Positions 24,981 to 33,966 are shown, numbered from the stretch's first letter. The stretch: DNA of 60,571 nucleotides from Acutalibacteraceae bacterium (GCA_045540535.1 JAZQHI010000153.1:1-60571); one strand, 5' to 3'. Numbers and translations: made by a program. The notes: generated by a model not told the origin, from the sequence alone.

Positions 24981-25555
24981 TGCAGGAATTGTTTGTAGGC
25001 CAAAAGGCAAGAAATTTGAAAATGTTTGAGGCAGTTTATAAAAACTGCCCTTACAAAAACTTTGAATACACAGGATTAAACATCACAGAAGATGGGACTT
25101 TAATATTGTGTAATTTCATACCCAACATTCGTAAAATAGAGATTGACTATTTTATGAATAGAAAGACAAAGTTTTATAACTTTGATGTTGACAATACAAT
25201 ATCGGCACTTTTATTACGAGGTTCAGTAAGTTGCGACCAAATATTAGAGCCAATATACCCCGACAATCGTATTGATTTGATATCTCAAAACAAAGAAATG
25301 CTTATGTTAATGGTTGATACGGCAACAGATGAGGTCAAAGCATTTCGTATGTGCTTATTACCTGATAGAGTATGTCAAACAATAGTTGAGAATTTAAACA
25401 AAATCAAACAGGCAAATATTTCACAGGAGAATTTGTTAAGGTCATTAACAACTGAAATTTATTCCAGAACTCCCGAACGACTTGAAAAACTTGGAAGATA
25501 CATAGGTAAAGAGAGCAACAGTATTACATCGGCGAAAATGATGTTTCCTATTTAA
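24980..25555 (+). CDS. Hypothetical protein coupled to int (191 aa)
   Basis: Its ATG overlaps the int stop (TAATG). No recognisable domain. Confidence 0.45.
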   Translation: MQELFVGQKARNLKMFEAVYKNCPYKNFEYTGLNITEDGTLILCNFIPNIRKIEIDYFMNRKTKFYNFDVDNTISALLLRGSVSCDQILEPIYPDNRIDLISQNKEMLMLMVDTATDEVKAFRMCLLPDRVCQTIVENLNKIKQANISQENLLRSLTTEIYSRTPERLEKLGRYIGKESNSITSAKMMFPI

Positions 25556-25613
25556 ATAAGAGGGGATGTTCCATCTTATTATTTACAACATACAATTAAA
25601 TGCAATCAAGTGA

Positions 25614-25640
25614 AGAGAGGGACAACCCCTCTCTTTTTGT
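25614..25640 (+). terminator. Intrinsic terminator
   Basis: AGAGAGGG-ACAAC-CCCTCTCT followed by TTTTGTTGTTTT. Confidence 0.7.
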
Positions 25641-25732
25641 TGTTTTAGTATTAAAAAAATAGTTATGTGGGAGTTTTTCCTGCATAACTTTTTTGCGAAA
25701 AACTGCTGAATTATAAGCAAATCAAAACCCGA

Positions 25733-25768
25733 TGTTGAAAAAATGTAGAAAATTCACCGTGTTGAAAA
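25733..25768. repeat. Right-arm cluster of TGTWGAAAA repeats (candidate integrase arm-type sites)
   Basis: TGTTGAAAA at 25733, TGTAGAAAA at 25744, TGTTGAAAA at 25760. Confidence 0.6.
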
Positions 25769-25798
25769 TAAAAAACAAGGTTTAAGGTCGTTAAACCT
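25765..25798 (-). terminator. Element-borne terminator now serving the GGGtGRT operon
   Basis: On the minus strand, AGGTTTAA-CGACC-TTAAACCT is followed by TGTTTTTTATTTT, about 50 nt downstream of the stop at 25850. Confidence 0.55.
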
Positions 25799-25848
25799 CA
25801 AACCTTGAATTTCGTAAAAGTCCTAAAACCCTTTATTTATGCGGTTTT

Positions 25849-25919
25849 CTTACTTATTAAGTGCTTCGTTTACTGCAACTGCACATGCAACTGTCATACC
25901 AACCATCGGGTTGTTACCA
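25849..25919. repeat. attR-side copy of the 71-bp direct repeat (functional gene 3' end)
   Basis: See attL. It forms the last 23 codons of the intact gene. Confidence 0.85.
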
Positions 25920-26851
25920 GCACCGATAAGTCCCATCATCTCAACGTGAGCAGGAACGGAAGAAGAACCTGCAAACTGAGCGTCTGAGTGCATACGGCCC
26001 ATAGTATCGGTCATACCGTAAGAAGCGGGGCCGGCAGCCATATTATCGGGGTGGAGAGTACGTCCTGTACCGCCGCCTGATGCTACTGAGAAGTACTTCT
26101 TGCCCTGTTCGATACATTCTTTCTTGTAAGTACCTGCAACGGGGTGTTGGAAGCGGGTGGGGTTGGTTGAGTTACCTGTGATAGAAACGTCAACACCCTC
26201 TTTATGCATAATAGCAACGCCTTCGCGAACATCGTCCGCACCGTAGCAACGAACCTTTGCACGCTCGCCGTCGGAATAAGCGATTTCTTCAACTACAGCG
26301 AGTTCGCCTGTGAAGTAATCGAACTTAGTTTGAACATAGGTAAAGCCGTTAATTCTTGAAATGATTTTAGCGGCATCTTTACCAAGACCGTTAAGAACAA
26401 CGCGGAGAGGTTCTTTACGAGCCTTGTTAGCGCTCTTAGCAAGACCGATAGCGCCTTCAGCAGCAGCGAATGATTCGTGACCTGCGAGGAAAGCGAAACA
26501 TTTGGTTTCTTCGCGAAGAAGCATAGCGCCGAGGTTACCGTGACCAAGACCAACCTTACGGTCGTCAGCAACAGAACCGGGGATGCAAAAAGATTGAAGA
26601 CCTACACCGATTTTTTCAGCGGCTTCAGCAGCGCTCTTAACTTCATCCTTAATAGCGATAGCGCAACCTACAACATAAGCCCAAGCAGCGTTTTCGAAGC
26701 AGATAGGCTGAATATCCTTAACGATATTGTAAGCGTCAACACCTGCTTTATCGCAAATCTCTTTGGCTTCTTCGATAGAAGAAATGCCGTGCTTACTGAG
26801 TTCTGCGTTTATTTGATTTATTCTTCTGTCATAACTTTCAAATAATGCCAT
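25850..26851 (-). CDS. GGGtGRT-family protein (function unknown)
   Basis: 333 aa containing the family-naming SGGGTGRT motif. Visibly GC-richer codon usage than its neighbours. Confidence 0.85.
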   Translation of the reverse strand: MALFESYDRRINQINAELSKHGISSIEEAKEICDKAGVDAYNIVKDIQPICFENAAWAYVVGCAIAIKDEVKSAAEAAEKIGVGLQSFCIPGSVADDRKVGLGHGNLGAMLLREETKCFAFLAGHESFAAAEGAIGLAKSANKARKEPLRVVLNGLGKDAAKIISRINGFTYVQTKFDYFTGELAVVEEIAYSDGERAKVRCYGADDVREGVAIMHKEGVDVSITGNSTNPTRFQHPVAGTYKKECIEQGKKYFSVASGGGTGRTLHPDNMAAGPASYGMTDTMGRMHSDAQFAGSSSVPAHVEMMGLIGAGNNPMVGMTVACAVAVNEALNK

Positions 26852-26869
26852 TTTCCGTTACCTCCCTTA

Positions 26870-27562
26870 TTATTCTTCACGGGGGTCGATGAGTCTTACA
26901 GCGTCATCAACACGTCCGTACTGGCCGCTGGCTTTAGCAAGAGCCTCATTAGCGTCCATACCTTTTTTAATCATATCCATCATTTTGCCGAGGTGAACGA
27001 ACTTGTAACCGATAATGGTATCATTTTCGTCAATAGCAATTTTGGTTATATAACCCTCTGCAAGTTCGAGGTAACGCGGACCTTTTGCCTTTGTAGCAAA
27101 GGTTGTACCTGTTTGTGAACGAAGACCTTTTCCTAAGTCTTCAAGACCTGCACCGATAGGAAGACCGTCTTCCGAGAAAGCGGTTTGGGTACGGCCGTAA
27201 ACGATCTGGAGGAAAAGTTCGCGCATAGCGGTGTTAATAGCATCGCAAACGAGGTCGGTATTAAGTGCTTCAAGAATGGTTTTGCCAACCAAAATTTCAG
27301 AAGCCATAGCGGCAGAGTGGGTCATACCCGAGCAGCCGAGAGTTTCAACCAAAGCCTCTTCAATAATACCCTCTTTAACATTAAGGGTAAGTTTACAGGT
27401 TCCTTGTTGGGGAGCGCACCAGCCCACACCGTGTGTAAGACCAGATACATCCTTAACTTCTTTAACCTGAACCCATTTGCCCTCCTCCGGAATTGGAGCA
27501 GGACCGTGATATGTGCCTTTAGCAAGTGGGCACATATTTTCTACTTCATGTGAATAGTTCAT
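26870..27562 (-). CDS. NifU/IscU-like N-terminal domain protein with C-terminal extension
   Basis: 230 aa. WCAPQQGTCKLTLNVKEGIIEEA...LGCSGMTHSAAMASE resembles the IscU scaffold pattern. It is co-oriented 18 nt upstream of the GGGtGRT gene. Confidence 0.6.
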   Translation of the reverse strand: MNYSHEVENMCPLAKGTYHGPAPIPEEGKWVQVKEVKDVSGLTHGVGWCAPQQGTCKLTLNVKEGIIEEALVETLGCSGMTHSAAMASEILVGKTILEALNTDLVCDAINTAMRELFLQIVYGRTQTAFSEDGLPIGAGLEDLGKGLRSQTGTTFATKAKGPRYLELAEGYITKIAIDENDTIIGYKFVHLGKMMDMIKKGMDANEALAKASGQYGRVDDAVRLIDPREE

Positions 27563-27820
27563 TATATGTACTCCTTTCAGAATTGTCGAACTGCAAAACA
27601 GTCCATACTAAATTAATTATAATGGCCATAGAAAGTCGAAATAGTGTAAATCACACTATTTTGACACCAAATCTTTGATTTGGCTATGTCCATTGCAATG
27701 AATATAGTCAAAATTAAATTTTTAAAGATTTAATTTTGCTTAAGCCGATAAAATCGGCTTGTCGAAACACTATTTAGCGTTTCGACATTCTATAACCATT
27801 ATAACAAAACACGACAAAAA
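27563..27820 (-). promoter_or_regulatory. Promoter plus ~230-nt structured leader of the NifU-like/GGGtGRT operon
   Basis: The minus strand reads TTGTCT-17 nt-TATAAT near 27790-27820. The leader then carries hairpins at 27761-27786, 27742-27760 and 27635-27665, with recurring GTCGAA and ATAGTGT/ACACTAT words. Confidence 0.45.
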
Positions 27821-27854
27821 AGACAATAGCAAACTGTCAAAAAATTAACATTTT

Positions 27855-28334
27855 TTAGTCTTTTTGAGCCATAATGCTATCAAAATAATCCTCAGCGGCT
27901 TTTTTTACATCTTCAATAAGTTTGGTTTTATCTTCAAAGGGCAGTTCGCTATCGACTGTTTTTAATATTTCTGCTTTAGCGATTTCGGTTCTGCCAAGGA
28001 TAAGGTTAACAAGTTCTTTAGGGTCAAGGTCACTAGGGCTAGACGTAAGCGAGTTGCAACATTTTGCCGCTTTAACTACAATTTTGCCGATAATTGTCGC
28101 CGCGAACTTAGTATCATCGGAAAGTTCAGCCTTACGTTTGACCTTGTTTTCAATTTTTGCCATAGCGGTTGACGGTTCACTCATTTTTTTTAGTGCTGCC
28201 AATTCATCCTTTAAGTTTTCAATTTCTTTTAAAAGTTGGTTATTTTTCTCCTTTTCGCTTTCGTACAGGTGCAAATACTTTTGCGATTTTTCGAAAAGTT
28301 CAACGTTTTGTTTAATCAGTTCGCTTTTCCGCAA
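27855..28334 (-). CDS. Coiled-coil protein, function unknown
   Basis: 159 aa. The N-terminal half is heptad-rich (KEKNNQLLKEIENLKDELAALKK). Confidence 0.5.
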   Translation of the reverse strand: MRKSELIKQNVELFEKSQKYLHLYESEKEKNNQLLKEIENLKDELAALKKMSEPSTAMAKIENKVKRKAELSDDTKFAATIIGKIVVKAAKCCNSLTSSPSDLDPKELVNLILGRTEIAKAEILKTVDSELPFEDKTKLIEDVKKAAEDYFDSIMAQKD

Positions 28335-28347
28335 AATATGACCCCCT

Positions 28348-28839
28348 TTATTTTATATATTTTTTAAAAAATTCTATTTTTGTAATTCTTATAAACAAGT
28401 TAATCAGTAAAATTCCCAACAAAGCGCCGCAAAAATCAATGCAAACATCCCTCACTTCACCGCTGCGCCCAGGGATATAACGTTGGTGAATTTCGTCGCT
28501 TATTGCATAAATAAGGCAAAAAGTGGCGGACAGGGAACACCGCGCATAAAAAGAAATTTTGCTGTAGGTGAAAATACTCAAAAAAGCAAGCACACCCAAA
28601 ACACAATAAATTGTAAAATGAGCGGTTTTTCTGATAACAAACTGAAAATTACTGCGGATTATAAGCCTTTCGGCTTCGGGCAGTTCTTCATAATCAGGTA
28701 TAACGATATTAATCACGAACTGCACTATTCCACCGCTTGTTTTTGAGGATGTTGCGGCGTTTTCTGATGATAAATCAAATATTAAAGTAGACCAGAGTAT
28801 TAACAGAATAACCGATATTATACGAATGAATTTTACCAT
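28348..28839 (-). CDS. VanZ-family membrane protein
   Basis: RKTAHFTIYCVLGVL and DEIHQRYIPGRSGEVRDVCIDFCGALLG motifs. Start moved to ATG 28839 (GGAGA RBS). Confidence 0.75.
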   Translation of the reverse strand: MVKFIRIISVILLILWSTLIFDLSSENAATSSKTSGGIVQFVINIVIPDYEELPEAERLIIRSNFQFVIRKTAHFTIYCVLGVLAFLSIFTYSKISFYARCSLSATFCLIYAISDEIHQRYIPGRSGEVRDVCIDFCGALLGILLINLFIRITKIEFFKKYIK

Positions 28840-28894
28840 TAAATTCTCCACACACAAAACCGCCACAGTCATTAGACGGTGACGGTTTGCAAGT

Positions 28895-30106
28895 TTATTT
28901 TACTTTAGAATAGTAATTCATGGGGTTTACATAGCCGTCGTTATTGCGCATTATGCCAAAGTGCAAATGGTAACCTGTAGAGTCACCCGTTGTACCGACA
29001 TAACCGATAACCTGACCTTGTTTTACCGACTGACCGTTACTAACTGCTAAAGTATTCATATGAGCGTACATGGCCTTTATATGCTCGCCGTTTACCATAC
29101 CGTGATCTATAGCAACGTGGTTGCCCCAACCGCTTCCGCAACGGCAACGGCTGCTCTTTGTGGTATGAGGGCAAGAACTGTATGCCGCGTATACAATACC
29201 GTCAGCAATAGCGACGATTGGTTTGCCGAATATCGAGCCGCCCGAAATATCAATACCGCGGTGCATGGTTCCCCAACGCGGACCGTAATAAGAAGTGATA
29301 TTCTGGCAACTGGGAACAGGCCACACAAAACCTACAGCAGAGTTTATAAAAGTTGTATTTGCGCTGCTGTATAAAAGTTTATTGAGGTATTCGGTTTTTT
29401 CTTTGATATCGGCCTCAATATTAGCGTTTTCTTTTTCGGTTTGACTTTGTTCGGCTGCAATAGAGTTGTAAATTTTCTGAGCCTCAGCCTCCTCGGCTTC
29501 AAGTTCCTTTTGAGCCGCAACAACGGTTGCTCTGACTGCTACCTGTTTATCAAGAAGAGTTTGGTTTTCGGCATTTTTAGCCTCCAAATCCTTGATAATT
29601 GCAATCATATCTTCAATCATTCGTTTATCTCTTGCAGAAACAGAGGCGGTAAGTTGCGAAAGTTGCAGAAAATCGGCAAAACTTTCAGCACCTAGAAGCA
29701 CCTGAATATCACTACCGGTATTGCTCATATAAATTGCGCGAAGACGTTTTTTGAAAGCGAGTTTGCTTTCTTCAATTTCGGCATTCTGAGCATCAATAGC
29801 CTTTTTGTTTTCGGAAATTTTGGCGTTAATCGAGTTGATTTCGGTGTTACAGCGAACAACCTGCGCCTGAATATTGGCTATTTTCTTTTGTATAGCAGAG
29901 AGTACTGCGGACTGGTCCTGTTTCTCTTCTTTTAAACGTTTGATTTCGCCCTCTAACTTTTCCGATTCTTTTTGCAAAGCCGCAATATCGTTACGAAGAG
30001 AGTCTTCGCTTGTGGCTTCGGCTAACCAATCGGTACTGTTAACTATTAAAAATGTTAAGCAAAAGCATAAAATCAACGAAACTGAACGTTTGATTAATTT
30101 TGACAT
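28895..30106 (-). CDS. M23-family metallopeptidase with N-terminal coiled coil (EnvC/PcsB-like FtsEX partner)
   Basis: HRGIDISG and GYHLHFGI M23 motifs, long coiled coil, signal-anchor MSKLIKRSVSLILCFCL. Start at ATG 30106 (GGAGG RBS). Confidence 0.85.
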   Translation of the reverse strand: MSKLIKRSVSLILCFCLTFLIVNSTDWLAEATSEDSLRNDIAALQKESEKLEGEIKRLKEEKQDQSAVLSAIQKKIANIQAQVVRCNTEINSINAKISENKKAIDAQNAEIEESKLAFKKRLRAIYMSNTGSDIQVLLGAESFADFLQLSQLTASVSARDKRMIEDMIAIIKDLEAKNAENQTLLDKQVAVRATVVAAQKELEAEEAEAQKIYNSIAAEQSQTEKENANIEADIKEKTEYLNKLLYSSANTTFINSAVGFVWPVPSCQNITSYYGPRWGTMHRGIDISGGSIFGKPIVAIADGIVYAAYSSCPHTTKSSRCRCGSGWGNHVAIDHGMVNGEHIKAMYAHMNTLAVSNGQSVKQGQVIGYVGTTGDSTGYHLHFGIMRNNDGYVNPMNYYSKVK

Positions 30107-30125
30107 AAAATCCTCCGTAGAAATT

Positions 30126-31196
30126 TTAAATAGCGGCAAATTCGCTGCCCTCACGGCGCAGATATTTGCTTATCATAATTAAACTGCCTAAAATACCTGC
30201 AAAAATACCGATTCCAATGAATACTAACAGCAGGAAAAGCGCCATATCGCCGTATTTAACAATATCGCTGGTTCCAAGTGTTGTAACAATAGTTTCGGTG
30301 GCTACTCTGTAACAGAAATACAGTAACCCTTCAGAAATAAGGGCGGATATAATGCCTATAAGCACACCCTCAACAACAAAGGGGATACGTACAAAAGCAT
30401 CGGTAGCGCCAACCGCTTTCATAATACTTATTTCAAGTTTGCGGTTATACATCGTAACACGTATTGTGTTTGAAACGATTACAAGTGAAATAACCATTAA
30501 AATTGCGATAATCCAAATACCTGCTATACCGATACCGTTTTTAACAGCGGTGATTTTATCGGCCAGATCGCTTTGGGACTGGATTGCATCTATGCCCTCA
30601 AATTTAGCGATTTCTTCAAGAGTAGCGTTAAAAAGGGACATATCTTTCATTTGAATTTTAGCCGCGCAGGACATTGGGTTACCGTATTCTTCGTCAAGGA
30701 AAGAGAAATATTCTTCCTGACCTTCTAGCATAGATGCTTTTACGGTTTCCAACCCTTCTTCACTGGAAACAAAGGTTACTTCTGCTACATTTGGGAGTGC
30801 CTTAATTTCTTCGCAAAGGGCAAGGGCTTCCTCATCACTGTGTATAAAATAGTCACTTGGTTTAATACCGTTAGCGTCAGCCTCTTCGCCGCTTTCGGTG
30901 GCACCCTCTTCACTTGTGTCCGAAGCGGTTTCTTCCGAAGCAGAGGAAGCATCTTCTGCGGTATTTTCCTGTTCACTGTAAAGCGCCCAGTTATAGTCTT
31001 TCATATAGGCAATAACAACGTTTTGCTGTTCAAGATTGCCTATTGCTACGTTAACGTTTTCTGATATAAGAATTGCAAGGCCTATAATTACCATACAGGC
31101 AACCAAAACACCTACCGACGCCAGTGTCATAAGGCGGTTTACCCAGGTATTTTTTATGCCTTCGCCGACAAGGTATTTAACACTGCGTAATTTCAT
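30126..31196 (-). CDS. ftsX: Cell-division ABC-type permease FtsX
   Basis: 356 aa. N-terminal VKYLVGEGIKNTWVNRLMTLASV, 4-TM topology, large first loop. It overlaps ftsE by 4 nt. Confidence 0.85.
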   Translation of the reverse strand: MKLRSVKYLVGEGIKNTWVNRLMTLASVGVLVACMVIIGLAILISENVNVAIGNLEQQNVVIAYMKDYNWALYSEQENTAEDASSASEETASDTSEEGATESGEEADANGIKPSDYFIHSDEEALALCEEIKALPNVAEVTFVSSEEGLETVKASMLEGQEEYFSFLDEEYGNPMSCAAKIQMKDMSLFNATLEEIAKFEGIDAIQSQSDLADKITAVKNGIGIAGIWIIAILMVISLVIVSNTIRVTMYNRKLEISIMKAVGATDAFVRIPFVVEGVLIGIISALISEGLLYFCYRVATETIVTTLGTSDIVKYGDMALFLLLVFIGIGIFAGILGSLIMISKYLRREGSEFAAI

Positions 31197-31918
31197 TGTG
31201 CATTACCTCCGGCATTATCTGCTACTATTCTACCGCCGTCAAGCATAATAACGCGGTGCTGAAAATCGCGTACAAGATTATGGTCATGAGTAACCATCAG
31301 AACGGTAGTGCCTTGCTTATTGATTTCGGTAAGCATTGAAACGATTTCATAGGACATATTCGGGTCAACGTTACCGGTAGGCTCGTCCGCAATTATAAGG
31401 TCGGGCGAGTTTATGAGCGCGCGTGCAAGACCTACGCGCTGTTGTTCACCGCCTGAAAGTTGGGATGGCATTGAACGTGCTTTATGTCCAAGACCTACCT
31501 TGCTTAAGACTTTTGAAACTTCGCGGCGAATATTTTTATCCGAAGCGCCTACAACGTGCATTGCGAATGCAACATTCTGAAAAACGTTCATTGTGGGAAT
31601 AAGGCGAAAATCCTGAAAAACTATTCCCATAGTACGTCTTAACATCGGCACTTGTTTACGTTTCATATCTGTAAGGTTAAAGCCGTTAACAAAAATTTTG
31701 CCTGTGTTAGCCTTTTCCTCACGCATAATAAGTTTCATAAATGTACTTTTACCTGCGCCAGAAGAACCTACAACGAATACAAATTCGCCGTTATTTATGG
31801 TAATATTAACATCTTCTAAAGCGTGGGTACCTGTTACGTAGGTTTTAGAAACACTCCTGAACTCAATTATAGGTTTTTGGGGTGTTATTATTTCGTCAGA
31901 CGAAAATAATTGTTCCAT
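31193..31918 (-). CDS. ftsE: Cell-division ATP-binding protein FtsE
   Basis: Walker [10 protein letters not shown], signature LSGGEQQRV, Walker B IIADEPT. Confidence 0.9.
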   Translation of the reverse strand: MEQLFSSDEIITPQKPIIEFRSVSKTYVTGTHALEDVNITINNGEFVFVVGSSGAGKSTFMKLIMREEKANTGKIFVNGFNLTDMKRKQVPMLRRTMGIVFQDFRLIPTMNVFQNVAFAMHVVGASDKNIRREVSKVLSKVGLGHKARSMPSQLSGGEQQRVGLARALINSPDLIIADEPTGNVDPNMSYEIVSMLTEINKQGTTVLMVTHDHNLVRDFQHRVIMLDGGRIVADNAGGNAQ

Positions 31919-31933
31919 TAAAACTCCACTTTC

Positions 31934-33010
31934 TTAGTATTTGATAGGATTGCTCTTTAAGTATCTGTTAACCATAAGAGCGATTTTGAAGATGATAGCG
32001 TGGTCAAACTCGCGTAGGTCAAGACCTGTTATCTTTTTGATTTTTTCAAGTCTGTACACAAGGGTGTTACGGTGCACAAAAAGTTTTCTCGATGTTTCGG
32101 AAACATTGAGGTTGTTTTCAAAGAAACGCTGGATTGTGAAAAGGGTTTCCTGATCAAGACTTTCTATTGAACCGAGTTTGAAAACTTCCTTCAAGAAAGT
32201 TTCACAAAGGGTGGTGGGAAGTTGGTAAATTAGTCTTGCAATACCAAGATTATCGTAGGCTACAATAGTTTTCTCGGTATCGAAAACTTTACCTACTTCA
32301 AGCGCAGTCTGAGCCTCTTTGAAAGAACGTGCTAAATCTTTAAGGTTGTCCACCGTAGTACCAATACCGATAACAGCGTGAATATAAAACTCACCTGACA
32401 TAGTGTCGGCTATAGTAGATGCTAACTTTTCAATAGTCTTATGGTCGATACCTGCCTTGGTTTCCTTAACAAGCGCAATATCGGTTTCGTTAATGCTTAT
32501 AACGAAATCTTTGGATTTATCGGGGAAAAGATTCTGCACGATATCGTAAACCGAAATATCGTGATGCTCGGTAGCGCGGATAAGGAATACAGTACGTGTA
32601 ACATCACTGTTAAAATAAAGTTCACGAGCCTTTAAATAGATATCGCCCGGAAGAATATTGTCAAGTATTATATTCTTAATAAAGTTGCTACGGTCATACT
32701 TTTCGTCATAATAAAACTTAATGTTAGCAAAAGCCACTGCTAATACTGCGGCGTATTTGGATGCTAAAACATCGTCACCCTCAACAAAAACAGTATAGTT
32801 AGGGCCTTGTGCCGAGCCTAAACTTTTAAAGGTAATACCGTCGCTTACGGTAATGTCTGTGCCTATTAGTGTGAAACTTTCTACCGTTTCGCCGATTTTG
32901 CCTAATTCGCTGCAGGCAATTATAGTGAAATTTTCGTCTATTATACCGAACGGGCGGTCAATAGAATCCTTCATCTGATGGATAACCCCTTGAAACAGAC
33001 GGTTTGACAT
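31934..33010 (-). CDS. PucR/CdaR-family transcriptional regulator
   Basis: 358 aa. The C-terminal NVSETSRKLFVHRNTLVYRLEKIKKITGLD is the PucR-type HTH. Confidence 0.75.
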   Translation of the reverse strand: MSNRLFQGVIHQMKDSIDRPFGIIDENFTIIACSELGKIGETVESFTLIGTDITVSDGITFKSLGSAQGPNYTVFVEGDDVLASKYAAVLAVAFANIKFYYDEKYDRSNFIKNIILDNILPGDIYLKARELYFNSDVTRTVFLIRATEHHDISVYDIVQNLFPDKSKDFVISINETDIALVKETKAGIDHKTIEKLASTIADTMSGEFYIHAVIGIGTTVDNLKDLARSFKEAQTALEVGKVFDTEKTIVAYDNLGIARLIYQLPTTLCETFLKEVFKLGSIESLDQETLFTIQRFFENNLNVSETSRKLFVHRNTLVYRLEKIKKITGLDLREFDHAIIFKIALMVNRYLKSNPIKY

Positions 33011-33193
33011 GGTTTAAAACACTTCCTTTAATATTACTTATAAATAAAATTACTAGAACTTATTATATATGAATTATGTATATATTCATACATTTTCTAT
33101 TTTACACAATAACGCGTAAATTTGCAAGCAATAATATTAAAAAATGAAAAAAAGTTACAAAATAGTTACAAATAGTGTGTTTGATGTGATAGT

Positions 33194-33238
33194 TAAGAAA
33201 AACCGCGTTTCACTTTAAAGCGAAACGCGGTTAAAAAA
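33194..33238 (-). terminator. Intrinsic terminator after rpsR
   Basis: 11-bp arms AACCGCGTTTC/GAAACGCGGTT, with a T-run on the minus strand. Confidence 0.75.
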
Positions 33239-33248
33239 CTAATATAAA

Positions 33249-33494
33249 TTAATCGTTTACATAAGGAAGTAAAGCCATTTGACGAGCGCGCTTAATAGCG
33301 GTTGTCAATTCACGCTGGTGAGCAGCGCAGGTGCCGGTTGCACGGCGGGGAAGAATCTTAGCGCGTTCAGAGATGAACTTGCGAAGACGGGCTACATCCT
33401 TATAATCAATGCTTTCAACACGATCAACGCAGAAATGGCAAACCTTTTTGCGAGGTTTTTTGTGCATGGGTCTATCGTTTCTCTCGTTTTCCAT
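33249..33494 (-). CDS. rpsR: 30S ribosomal protein S18
   Basis: 81 aa. CHFC...[28 protein letters not shown] motif. Confidence 0.95.
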   Translation of the reverse strand: MENERNDRPMHKKPRKKVCHFCVDRVESIDYKDVARLRKFISERAKILPRRATGTCAAHQRELTTAIKRARQMALLPYVND

Positions 33495-33527
33495 TTTAAA
33501 AGCCTCCTTAAATTTTAAATTTGGTGT

Positions 33528-33953
33528 TTAGAACGGCAAATCGTCGTCCGTAGCATCGCCTAAATCGGCGAAATCGTTAACGTCGGCATTGCTGTATGAA
33601 GCGGGAGCAGTGTCACCCACGGGTGCGCCTGAATCCCTTTTCGATTCAACAAACTGAACGTTATTTACAACTACTTCAAAAGCAGTGCGGTTGTTGCCGT
33701 TTTTATCCTGATAACGTCTTGTCTGGATAGAACCTTCAATACCGATTAAATTGCCTTTTTTGAAGTATTTAGTGATAAACTCCGCAGACTGACGCCAAGC
33801 AACGATATTAATAAAATCAGTCTGGCGCTCTTCACCGGAGCGATAACGGCGGTCAACAGCAATGGAGAAGGTTGTGACAGATAAGCCGTTAGAAGTGGTC
33901 TTAAGTTCGGGGTCAGCAGTTAAGCGACCTGTTAAAACTACTAAATTAAACAT
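33528..33953 (-). CDS. ssb: Single-stranded DNA-binding protein
   Basis: 141 aa. MFNLVVLTGRLTADPEL OB-fold N-terminus and acidic DDDLPF tail. Confidence 0.95.
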   Translation of the reverse strand: MFNLVVLTGRLTADPELKTTSNGLSVTTFSIAVDRRYRSGEERQTDFINIVAWRQSAEFITKYFKKGNLIGIEGSIQTRRYQDKNGNNRTAFEVVVNNVQFVESKRDSGAPVGDTAPASYSNADVNDFADLGDATDDDLPF

Positions 33954-33966
33954 TTCTTATCCTCCA

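Larger units (their letters stand above)
10837..25919. mobile_element. Integrative mobilizable element (~15.1 kb) in the 3' end of the GGGtGRT gene
   Basis: Bounded by 71-bp direct repeats (10837-10907 and 25849-25919). Contains a tyrosine integrase, Xis, a HUH relaxase, a Rep-like gene and arm-type repeats. Visibly more AT-rich than the flanking genes. Confidence 0.85.

Noticed and set aside
26083-27553. Several 67-122 aa ORFs on both strands inside the GGGtGRT and NifU-like genes
   Set aside because: These are overlapping or antisense frames kept open by the GC-rich, biased codon usage of two clearly real genes. None has an RBS.
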